This document shows, one piece after another, positions 7,534 through 14,750 of a stretch of DNA of 57,920 bases. Source of the stretch: Patescibacteria group bacterium (lineage in GTDB: Bacteria > Patescibacteriota > Minisyncoccia > Minisyncoccales > Staskawiczbacteraceae); contig JAHJTG010000013.1 in the NCBI GenBank assembly GCA_018829965.1, forward strand, positions 1 through 57,920. Reading direction: 5' to 3'. The notes below the pieces were generated by a model. The model was not told the origin of the DNA. It saw nothing but the letters and a program-made list of their open reading frames with translations, and did not search any database. Each line of letters opens with the position of its first letter. The first letter of the stretch is position 1. Made by a program: the position numbers and the translations under genes.

Positions 7534-7643
7534 TTCCTACCTTTCATATTAATCAGAATTAATAGTAATATTATTTTTAAACGAACAGGTTTATTTCTAT
7601 CACTATTTGTCTTTTCTGTCAAAAAGTATTGTATAATAAGCGT

Positions 7644-7791
7644 ATGCCCAGTAATACAACCTCCAGTAATTTTTCGCCAAACACGAAAATATCGGAAAAT
7701 TATCAAGGAAGTATATCTGGGTTCAAGCAATCAATACCACTACCTACGCGAAAAATAGTGTTTGGTTCTGGAGGTTGATATACTGGGTATG
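7644..7791 (+). repeat. Element K, copy 1: 148-nt structured leader whose closing helix contains the rlmN start codon
   Basis: ATGCCCAGTAATACAACCTCCAG pairs with CTGGAGGTTGATATACTGGGTATG. There is an inner helix GCCAAACAC/GTGTTTGGT. Homologous to 18927-19073. Confidence 0.8.
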
Positions 7792-8856
7792 GATTTAAGT
7801 AAGCTCAACGAAGTTTTAAAAGACGAACCGTCTTATCGTCAAAAACAGGCGCAAAAAGCTGTTTTTCAGGATTTAGCGGATAATTGGATGCAGGTACAAA
7901 CTCTACCTATTGAATTGAGAAAAGAACTGAAAAAGAGTTGTCCGCTAAAAATAGATTTTCAAGCGTCTGTTTCTCAAGACGAGAAAGTGATTAAAGGATT
8001 GATCACTCTTAAAGATGGATTGAAGGTAGAGACGGTTTTAATGAAGCATGGCGATAATCGAAATACGGTTTGCGTTTCTTCCCAAGTCGGATGCCCTTTG
8101 GGATGTGTCTTTTGCGCAACAGGGAATATCGGTTTTAAAAGAAGTCTTAGTATCTACGAAATTGTCGAGCAAGTGCTGTTTTTCGCCCGTTATTTGAAAA
8201 GCAAGGGACCTGCCCGCAGTGGCTTCGCCCGCCAGACACGCCGACTCGAGTCGCGCGGGCTGGCTACAAGCGATGCAGGCGGGGAGAGGATAACAAATGT
8301 CGTATTTATGGGAATGGGTGAGCCATTCTTGAATTACGATAATGTTCTGGGGGCGATACGGATACTAAATGATGAAGAGAGGTTTAATTTAGGCGCTCGG
8401 CATTTTTCTATCTCTACTGTCGGGATAATAGAAGGAATTGAAAAGTTTTCTCAAGAAAAACTGCAAGTTAACCTAGCTATTTCTCTGCATGCTCCGGATG
8501 ATAAATTACGGTCAGAGATTATGCCGATTAACAAAAAGTATTCTGTGAAAGAAGTATTAAAGGCAGTGGACGAGTATATAAAAAAAACAAAAAGAAGAGT
8601 AATGTTTGAATATGTTATGATAAAAGATGTAAATGATACTGATGAGTGCGCGAAAGAATTAGCAAAATTAGTAAAGAAGCCACTTTACTTCGTAAACTTA
8701 ATTTTGTACAATCCGACTGGCATTTTTAAGTCATCTGAACCCGCAAGAATTAAAAGGTTCAAAGAGATTTTAGAAAAGTATGGCGTACCGGTTACTCAAA
8801 GGTATCGTTTTGGTAAAGACCTTAAAGCTGCTTGTGGCCAGTTAGCGGGAAAATAA
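7789..8856 (+). CDS. rlmN: 23S rRNA/tRNA adenine-C2 methyltransferase (radical SAM) RlmN
   Basis: CPLGCVFCATG radical-SAM cluster and RlmN-like ends. Start moved to ATG 7789, since the track start 7762 lies in element K. Confidence 0.9.
   Translation: MDLSKLNEVLKDEPSYRQKQAQKAVFQDLADNWMQVQTLPIELRKELKKSCPLKIDFQASVSQDEKVIKGLITLKDGLKVETVLMKHGDNRNTVCVSSQVGCPLGCVFCATGNIGFKRSLSIYEIVEQVLFFARYLKSKGPARSGFARQTRRLESRGLATSDAGGERITNVVFMGMGEPFLNYDNVLGAIRILNDEERFNLGARHFSISTVGIIEGIEKFSQEKLQVNLAISLHAPDDKLRSEIMPINKKYSVKEVLKAVDEYIKKTKRRVMFEYVMIKDVNDTDECAKELAKLVKKPLYFVNLILYNPTGIFKSSEPARIKRFKEILEKYGVPVTQRYRFGKDLKAACGQLAGK
8209..8284 (+). repeat. GC-rich intragenic hairpin element, family GCI-1 (in rlmN)
   Basis: CCTGCCCGCAGTGGCTTCGCCCGCCAG...GGCTGGCTACAAGCGATGCAGGCGGGG, read through as PARSGFARQTRRLESRGLATSDAGG. 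Confidence 0.8.
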
Positions 8857-8873
8857 AAATAAAAAAAAATGAA

Positions 8874-9006
8874 CCCCGTTAGAGGTCTTTGATAGAAAAA
8901 TTTTATTAAAATTTTTCTATGTTGACCGGACGGGACTTCTTAATATAATAATATGGCTGTCTGAAATTGACTATTTTAGTCATATAAAGATAAGTCTCTA
9001 ACGGGG
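8874..9006. repeat. Family H element, copy 1 (TIR CCCCGTTAGAGGTC / AGTCTCTAACGGGG)
   Basis: 13-14-nt terminal inverted repeats ~120 nt apart, plus an inner perfect hairpin ATAGAAAAATTTT-ATT-AAAATTTTTCTAT. The last G is the first base of the GTG start at 9006. Confidence 0.7.
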
Positions 9007-9836
9007 TGAATAAAAAAATATTTATAATCTTAATCATAGTATTATTAATAGGCATTTCAGCTTTAATAATTTTTGAAAAGTATAAGACAAAACCAATAAT
9101 AGAAGAGATTAAAAAGGGAATGGTGGTTCTTTCTCCAAGAGCCGGAGAAGAGATTGCTTCACCTGTAAAAATCACAGGATATGTTAATGGCGATGGTTGG
9201 ATAGGATTTGAAGGACAAGTTGGTTCAGTTAAGCTATTGGATAGCAATAGTAATGAGATAGCCTCTAGTATATTGAGTGCTGTAGGCGATTGGATGACTT
9301 CATTAATTAATTTTGAAGCAAATTTGAATTTTATATCTTTGAAAGATCAATCTGGCGTACTTGTTTTTTCAAATGAGAACCCGAGTGGATTATTAGAAAA
9401 AGATAAAGAGTTTCAATTGCCCGTAAAGATTAAAAGACCTAGCGGGGAAACAACTAAGATAAAAGTATATTTTAATAATAATGAAATGGATTCTGAATTT
9501 TCTTGTAATAAAGTTTTTTATACAGAAAGGGAAATTTTAAAAGTACCATCAATTGCAACAGCTACTTTACAAGAACTTTTAGGCGGGCCGAGTGATGCAG
9601 AGAAATCTCAAGGATTCTTTTCTAGTATAAAACAAGGAGTCGAAATTCAATCTTTAATTATTGAGAACGGTGTGGTAAAAGTTGATTTCAGCGAACAATT
9701 AGAATACAAGGTGGGTGGATCTTGCATGGTTTCGGCAATAAGGGCGCAGATTACAGAGACATTGAAGCAGTTCCCGACAATTGAAAGCGTAGTCATTTCA
9801 ATAAACGGTCGGACAGAAGATATTTTACAGCCATGA
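9006..9836 (+). CDS. Secreted Gmad2 Ig-like + GerMN domain protein
   Basis: GTG start, N-terminal TM/signal, and a C-terminal GerMN-like pattern (LQELLGGPSDAEK..GGSCMVSAIRAQITETL). Confidence 0.65.
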   Translation: MNKKIFIILIIVLLIGISALIIFEKYKTKPIIEEIKKGMVVLSPRAGEEIASPVKITGYVNGDGWIGFEGQVGSVKLLDSNSNEIASSILSAVGDWMTSLINFEANLNFISLKDQSGVLVFSNENPSGLLEKDKEFQLPVKIKRPSGETTKIKVYFNNNEMDSEFSCNKVFYTEREILKVPSIATATLQELLGGPSDAEKSQGFFSSIKQGVEIQSLIIENGVVKVDFSEQLEYKVGGSCMVSAIRAQITETLKQFPTIESVVISINGRTEDILQP

Positions 9837-10972
9837 TAGAGTTTAAAATTTTAAAGAAGTCAAAAAAAAGTCGGGCAAGATTAGGATTATTAGAAACAAG
9901 TCATGGCGTTGTTGAGACGCCTTCTTTAGTTCCGGTTGCTACACAGGCAGTTATTAAAACTTTAACCAGCGAAGAAGTTTTACAAACTAAATCACAGATT
10001 TTAATTTGCAATACTTTCCATTTACATTTAAAGCCCGGCGAAGAAATAGTAAAAAAGTCAGGAGGTTTGCATAAATTTATGAATTGGCAAAAACCCTTGA
10101 TGACTGATTCAGGTGGGTTTCAGGTTTTTTCTTTGGGTTTTGGAAAGGATTTAGGTGTCGGTAAAATAATAAAAAATTACAAAAGAAAGAAGGTTATAAA
10201 ATATAGAAGCCAGCCAGTATCAATTAAAATAAATCAAGACGGAGTTTATTTCCGTTCACCAGTAGATGGAAGGAAGATATTTTTAGGGCCCAAGGAATCA
10301 ATTAGAATTCAAGAAAAACTGGGGGCTGATATCATTTTTGCTTTTGACGAATGCACTCCGCCTTTAGCTGAAAGAAAATATATTGAGAACTCGCTGGAAA
10401 AAACTCACAGATGGGCGAAGATATGCTTAGAGTCTAAAAAAACAAATCAGGCTTTGTTCGGCATCACCCAAGGCTCTAATTTTAAAGATTTGCGCATAAA
10501 AAGCGCCAAATTTATCAATTCTTTAGGATTTGATGGTTTTGGCATTGGCGGAGATTTAGGGGAAAGTAAAGAGGGGACGGAAAAGATATTGGAATGGACG
10601 ATTCCTTTATTGGAAGAGAAAAAACCGCGTCATTTATTAGGCATAGGATACCTTGAAGATATGGAGAATATTATAAAAGGCGGGGTTGATTTATTTGATT
10701 GTACGGTTCCGACGCATTATGCGAGAAGAGGGATTGCTTTTGTTTCAACAGGCAGATTAGATATGCAAAAATCAAAGTTTTTAAAGGATTTTAATCCTTT
10801 AGATAAAAAATGCGGTTGTTTCGTTTGCCAGAATTATAAAAGAAACTATATTTGCCATCTTTTCAGAGCAAAAGAAATTACTGCCTTGAAATTACTCACT
10901 TTCCACAATCTATATTTTTTCAATACTTTTGTAGGAAAGATACGAGAGAAGATAAAAAATGGGAAGTTGTAA
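9833..10972 (+). CDS. tgt: tRNA-guanine transglycosylase (queuine tRNA-ribosyltransferase)
   Basis: MTDSGGFQV catalytic motif and CGCFVCQNY...H zinc site. The ATGA overlaps the upstream stop. Confidence 0.9.
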   Translation: MIEFKILKKSKKSRARLGLLETSHGVVETPSLVPVATQAVIKTLTSEEVLQTKSQILICNTFHLHLKPGEEIVKKSGGLHKFMNWQKPLMTDSGGFQVFSLGFGKDLGVGKIIKNYKRKKVIKYRSQPVSIKINQDGVYFRSPVDGRKIFLGPKESIRIQEKLGADIIFAFDECTPPLAERKYIENSLEKTHRWAKICLESKKTNQALFGITQGSNFKDLRIKSAKFINSLGFDGFGIGGDLGESKEGTEKILEWTIPLLEEKKPRHLLGIGYLEDMENIIKGGVDLFDCTVPTHYARRGIAFVSTGRLDMQKSKFLKDFNPLDKKCGCFVCQNYKRNYICHLFRAKEITALKLLTFHNLYFFNTFVGKIREKIKNGKL

Positions 10973-11001
10973 GATTAGGGCGTTTATTATAGAATAAATT
11001 C

Positions 11002-11664
11002 ATGATTAATTTAGCTCAAGTAAAAAAGAATCCGTTAATCTCTGAATATATCAGGCAGACAGAGAAATCTCTGGCTGCCCTTTCATATACCGACCATGGA
11101 CTTAGGCATTGTAATTTAGTTGCTGATAGGGCAAGAAACATTGCCAAGGAAATCGGTTTAGCCCAAAAAGAGCAGGAACTGGCATCAATTGCTGCTTTTT
11201 GCCATGATATGGCTAATTTTTTAAGCAGAACCTATCATAACTATTTAGCCCCGTTGCTTTTTCAGCAGGTTTTTATCAACCAATTTACTCCGGAAGAAAT
11301 GACAGAAATTATGCAGGCGATTGCAAATCACGACAAAGATGAAATGAATTTTACTACTAAAATTTCAGCAATAGTCGTCTTGGCTGATAAATCCGATGTT
11401 CATCGCTCAAGGGTAACTGTCAGCAAGATGGAGGATATAAAGGCAGATATTCACGATAGGGTGAATTATGCCACGAAAGAAAGTAAGCTTAAGGTTGAAA
11501 AAGATAAGAAAAGAATTACTTTAACTTTAAAGATTGATACAAATTTTGTTCCAATAGTAGGGTATTTCGAGATTTTCACGGAAAGAATGGTTTTTTGCAG
11601 AAAAGCAGCCGAGTTTTTAGGTTATAATTTCGGGCTTGTAATAAATAAGTTCAGATTGCTTTGA
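11002..11664 (+). CDS. HD-domain phosphohydrolase
   Basis: H...HD pattern (HGLRHC, FCHDMAN, NHDKD). Confidence 0.7.
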   Translation: MINLAQVKKNPLISEYIRQTEKSLAALSYTDHGLRHCNLVADRARNIAKEIGLAQKEQELASIAAFCHDMANFLSRTYHNYLAPLLFQQVFINQFTPEEMTEIMQAIANHDKDEMNFTTKISAIVVLADKSDVHRSRVTVSKMEDIKADIHDRVNYATKESKLKVEKDKKRITLTLKIDTNFVPIVGYFEIFTERMVFCRKAAEFLGYNFGLVINKFRLL

Positions 11665-11725
11665 AAACGATAATCATAGTCGTAACACTAAAGGTCGTTG
11701 GCTACAAAATTAACAAACATAGAAC

Positions 11726-11843
11726 AAATCCTAAACACTAAATCCTAAATCCTAAATAAATTCAAAATAACAAATCCAAAAGGTTTTGAATTTTAAAATT
11801 TAGATTTTGAAATTGTTTAGAGTTTAGATATTAGAATTTAGGG
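11726..11843. repeat. Intergenic palindromic element family B (CCTAAATCC/GGATTTAGG words), copy 1
   Basis: AAATCCTAAACACTAAATCCTAAATCCTAAAT...centre...TTTAGAGTTTAGATATTAGAATTTAGGG. Confidence 0.75.
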
Positions 11844-11854
11844 CTTGTAATTGT

Positions 11855-12130
11855 ATGACGCCAGATCAATTTGTAAAATTAATGGAGAACCCGACAACAA
11901 GCGTACCACTTTTCTCTGCGTGGTTTTTATTAGTAGCTTGGTCTCTTATTTGGAAAGGTATTGCCTTATGGAAGGCGAGTCAAAATCGTAGCAAGGTTTG
12001 GTTTATTCTTCTTTTGATAGTAAACACTATGGGCATATTGGAAATCCTCTATATTTTTTGGTTCAGCAAGAAAAGCTGTTGTTTTGGAAAGAAAAAAGAA
12101 GAGCAGTTGCCGATGAACCCGCCACAATAG
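11855..12130 (+). CDS. Small membrane protein (DUF5652-like)
   Basis: WSLIWKGIALWKASQNRSKVWFILLLIVNTMGILEILYIF, two TM spans. Confidence 0.55.
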   Translation: MTPDQFVKLMENPTTSVPLFSAWFLLVAWSLIWKGIALWKASQNRSKVWFILLLIVNTMGILEILYIFWFSKKSCCFGKKKEEQLPMNPPQ

Positions 12131-12147
12131 AATCTCCTAAAAACAAT

Positions 12148-12726
12148 ATGCACGATGCTACTTTGTGTCTTTTAATAAAACCTGCCCGCAATGCTTCGCC
12201 CGCCAGCAACGCTTCGCCCGCCAGAAACGCTGTATCTGCTGCGGACTGGCGTAGCGATGCGGGCTGGTATAGCGACGCAGGCGGGGATAACGAAATTCTT
12301 TTAGCGATGAAAAAGCGCGGTTTTGGAATGGGTAAATGGAATGGGGTGGGCGGAAAGCCGGATTTAGAAAAAGGGGATAAGACTATTATTGACACGGCTA
12401 TTAGAGAAACAGAAGAAGAAATTGGAGTTAAGCCGTCTAATTTAAAAAAGGTTGCATTATTGCGCTTTCGTTTTCCCTATGAGGAAAACTGGAATCAAGA
12501 TGTCTATGTTTTTTTAACTAATAATTGGGAAGGCGAATTAAAAGAATCAGAAGAAATGCTTCCGAAATGGTTTAAAACCAGCGAGATTCCTTATCAAGAA
12601 ATGTGGGATGATGATAAGTTTTGGTTGCCTCATATTCTGGCCGGAAAGAAATTAGAAGCCGACTTTATCTTTAAAGAAGGGGAGAAGATAGATAAGCATA
12701 CTATTAATTTTGTTTCAGAAATATGA
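12148..12726 (+). CDS. Nudix hydrolase (MutT-like)
   Basis: Nudix-box-like GGKPDLEKGDKTIIDTAIRETEEEIGV. Start moved to ATG 12148, because the track start 11998 overlaps the previous gene out of frame. Confidence 0.8.
   Translation: MHDATLCLLIKPARNASPASNASPARNAVSAADWRSDAGWYSDAGGDNEILLAMKKRGFGMGKWNGVGGKPDLEKGDKTIIDTAIRETEEEIGVKPSNLKKVALLRFRFPYEENWNQDVYVFLTNNWEGELKESEEMLPKWFKTSEIPYQEMWDDDKFWLPHILAGKKLEADFIFKEGEKIDKHTINFVSEI
12181..12286 (+). repeat. GC-rich intragenic hairpin element, family GCI-1 (in the Nudix gene)
   Basis: CCTGCCCGCAATGCTTCGCCCGCCAG...GCGACGCAGGCGGGG. Its reverse complement is near-identical to 15024-15111. Confidence 0.9.
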
Positions 12727-13274
12727 TTGATATTTATGAAGCAATAAAAAAGCGAAGAAGCGTAAGGCTTTACAAAGAGAAAAAGATAGAAAATGCTGTT
12801 TTAAACAGAATTTTAGAGGCAGCAAGGTTGGCTCCTTCAGCCAATAATGTCCAAGGATATAAGCTGATAATTGTTAAAGATAGTCAGAAAAGACAACAAC
12901 TTGCTAAGGCTGGTTTATACCAAAGCTTTATTTCCCAAGCCCCGATTATAATAGTAGGCGTGGCCGTAAATCCAGAATTAGACCAAACATCTGAAAATCC
13001 TTTTTACGCTATTGATTTAGCAATTGCTTTTGATCATTTAACGCTGGTGGCAGCAAGCGAAGGCTTAGGCACTTGCTGGATTGGCGCTTTCAAACAAGAT
13101 AAAGTTAAAAAGATTTTAGAAATTCCGGAAAAATGCAAGGTCATTGTTTTAATGCCCATTGGTTTTCCAGATGATAAGCCAAAAAACAGATCAAGGAAAA
13201 GCTTAAAAGAATTAATTTATTACGAGAAATTTTCAAATAGGATTGGACTTGGTGCTTGGGTTGATATAATATAA
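12723..13274 (+). CDS. Nitroreductase family protein
   Basis: KRRSVRLY N-terminal motif and nitroreductase-fold length/pattern. ATGA overlap with the Nudix gene. Confidence 0.8.
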   Translation: MIDIYEAIKKRRSVRLYKEKKIENAVLNRILEAARLAPSANNVQGYKLIIVKDSQKRQQLAKAGLYQSFISQAPIIIVGVAVNPELDQTSENPFYAIDLAIAFDHLTLVAASEGLGTCWIGAFKQDKVKKILEIPEKCKVIVLMPIGFPDDKPKNRSRKSLKELIYYEKFSNRIGLGAWVDII

Positions 13275-13285
13275 TAAGTGAAGTT

Positions 13286-13325
13286 ACCTGTGCCTGCCGA
13301 AAGGGAGTGTGCAGGTTTTTATTTT
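13286..13325 (+). terminator. Rho-independent terminator
   Basis: ACCTG..loop..CAGGT followed by TTTTTATTTTATT. Confidence 0.5.
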
Positions 13326-13327
13326 AT

Positions 13328-13336
13328 TGGTATAAT
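13328..13336 (+). promoter_or_regulatory. Extended -10 promoter candidate (TGgTATAAT) for the toxin-antitoxin pair
   Basis: Exact TGnTATAAT about 40 nt upstream of ATG 13379. Confidence 0.4.
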
Positions 13337-13367
13337 TATAAAAGAAGTTAAAAAACTATTGACATCG

Positions 13368-13387
13368 ATATATCATATATGATATAT
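13368..13387. promoter_or_regulatory. Perfect 20-bp palindrome ATATATCATATATGATATAT spanning the toxin start codon (candidate operator)
   Basis: The sequence is its own reverse complement. It lies between the promoter candidate and the first codons of the toxin-antitoxin operon. Confidence 0.45.
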
Positions 13388-13756
13388 AATAAAGAAGAAG
13401 AATATAAAGTAAAATTTTATAAAAGCACCAAAACCAACAAAAGTCCTGTTTTAGATTATATTGATAAATTAAATGTTAAAGAAAAAGCCAAGGTATTAAA
13501 ATATATTGAGTTTTTGAGAGTTAATAAAGGAGTTTTAGATGAACCATACTCAAAGCATATTAAAGGAAAAATTAGGGAATTAAGAGTTGATTTTTTCAAG
13601 TCAAAACACAGAATACTTTATTTTACCTTTATTAAGAGAAATATAATTTTACTTCACGCGTTTTTGAAAAAGACCGCCAAAACGCCGATAAACGAAATTA
13701 GGATAGCAGAAGAGAATTATAATAATGTTATAAATAATAACAAAATCTATGAATAA
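13379..13756 (+). CDS. RelE/ParE-superfamily toxin (Gp49/HigB-like)
   Basis: YKVKFYK..KSPVLDYI..L pattern, 125 aa, 8-nt overlap with a downstream HTH gene. Confidence 0.7.
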   Translation: MIYNKEEEYKVKFYKSTKTNKSPVLDYIDKLNVKEKAKVLKYIEFLRVNKGVLDEPYSKHIKGKIRELRVDFFKSKHRILYFTFIKRNIILLHAFLKKTAKTPINEIRIAEENYNNVINNNKIYE

Positions 13757-14039
13757 AAGTAAAAAGGCAATTGATTTTCAAGATTACCTTAAAGAACAAC
13801 TTAAGAATCCGATACTCAAAAAGCATTACGACGAATACGGTAAACAATTAGAAATTGCTTATCAGATTTTGAAACTTCGCAAACAAAAAAAGATGTCGCA
13901 AGCAGAGTTTGCTAAAAGATTAAAAACAAAACAAAGTAATGTGGCGAGAATGGAATCTGGCCAGCAAAATTTTACTACAGATACATTGCAGAAAATTGCT
14001 GATATTTTTAGTATGGATTTAAGGGTAGAATTTCAATAA
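13749..14039 (+). CDS. XRE-family HTH antitoxin
   Basis: LRKQKKMSQAEFAKRLKTKQSNVARMESG helix-turn-helix. Confidence 0.75.
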   Translation: MNKSKKAIDFQDYLKEQLKNPILKKHYDEYGKQLEIAYQILKLRKQKKMSQAEFAKRLKTKQSNVARMESGQQNFTTDTLQKIADIFSMDLRVEFQ

Positions 14040-14127
14040 CTAATACTACCCATTTGAAACATACACTGCATAAGGAAGGCAAGAAGTAGGTTCCAGAATG
14101 GTAGGTAGTTAAAAAACAATAAACATT

Positions 14128-14153
14128 AATCCGAGTCAGCGCTCGGATTTTTA
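14128..14153 (+). terminator. Rho-independent terminator
   Basis: AATCCGAG-TCAGCG-CTCGGATT followed by TTTAG. Confidence 0.6.
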
Positions 14154-14182
14154 GTTGGAAGAGGCGAAGACCTAAATTGCGC

Positions 14183-14211
14183 TTGACACTATATCTTGAC
14201 CTTGCTACAAT
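14183..14211 (+). promoter_or_regulatory. Sigma70-like promoter (TTGACA-17-TACAAT) of the Rrf2-iscS-iscU-mnmA cluster
   Basis: -35 at 14183-14188 and -10 at 14206-14211, followed by the hairpin AAAGCCGACA-AGATT-TGTCGGCTTT. Confidence 0.5.
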
Positions 14212-14264
14212 AAAAGCCGACAAGATTTGTCGGCTTTTAAATTAATTCACTCACCAAAACTTAT

Positions 14265-14660
14265 ATGCGTATATCAAAAAAATCACAATACGGCCTTCGT
14301 TCAATGGTTTATCTTGCAAAAAAATCTTCAAAAGATAACCCTTGCTCGATAAACGAAATCTCAAAAAAAGAGAATGTCCCTTTTGAGTTTCTGGGGAAAA
14401 TAATGTCTGAATTGGAAAAAGCGAATTTGGTTAAAACAAAAAAAGGAGTAAGCGGAGGATATTTTTTAGCAAAGTCGGCAAACAAAATTACGCCAGGCGA
14501 TATAGTTTTAGCATTAGAGGAAAATACCGAATTGGTTAATTGTTCTGGTTGTCCGATGGCAGGCAGCTGTTCCAGCGAAGATGTTTGGGACGAGGTTCAA
14601 GAATCAATGGACAACAGCTTGAATGCAAAAACTTTAGCAGACTTAATTAAGAGAAAATAA
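14265..14660 (+). CDS. Rrf2-family transcriptional regulator (IscR-like)
   Basis: MRISKKSQYGLRSMVYLA N-terminus and a C-terminal Cys cluster CSGCPMAGSC. Confidence 0.85.
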   Translation: MRISKKSQYGLRSMVYLAKKSSKDNPCSINEISKKENVPFEFLGKIMSELEKANLVKTKKGVSGGYFLAKSANKITPGDIVLALEENTELVNCSGCPMAGSCSSEDVWDEVQESMDNSLNAKTLADLIKRK

Positions 14661-14748
14661 TATAGAAATGGCTTCACCGTTTATATAATTAATCGTTCGG
14701 TCGGAATATATAAAAACGAGTTTTCATATATTCCTCCCTTTTTCATAA
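14661..14748 (+). repeat. Leader cassette family F, copy 4
   Basis: TATAGAAATGG..CCGTTTATATA, then ATTAATCGTTCGGTCGGAATATATAAAAAC-GAG-TTTTCATATATTCCTCCC. It ends 2 nt before ATG 14751. Confidence 0.8.
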
Positions 14749-14750
14749 TT

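Noticed and set aside
8209-8284. GC-rich in-frame segments as inteins, self-splicing introns or assembly chimeras.
   Set aside because: At 37-106 nt they are far too short for inteins or group I/II introns and lack their motifs. Chimeric assembly is unlikely because each insert preserves the reading frame and the flanking conserved motifs. RNA-level removal cannot be excluded from sequence alone and is kept as an open alternative in the findings.
8906-9247. 113-aa minus-strand ORF across the rlmN/GerMN spacer.
   Set aside because: It spans family-H repeat copy 1 and runs antisense into the supported GerMN-domain gene, and it has no RBS.
9833-9836. Alternative genetic code (UGA recoding, as in some CPR lineages).
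   Set aside because: Conserved genes terminate cleanly at TGA (e.g. 9834-9836) as well as at TAA/TAG. No conserved protein requires read-through of TGA.
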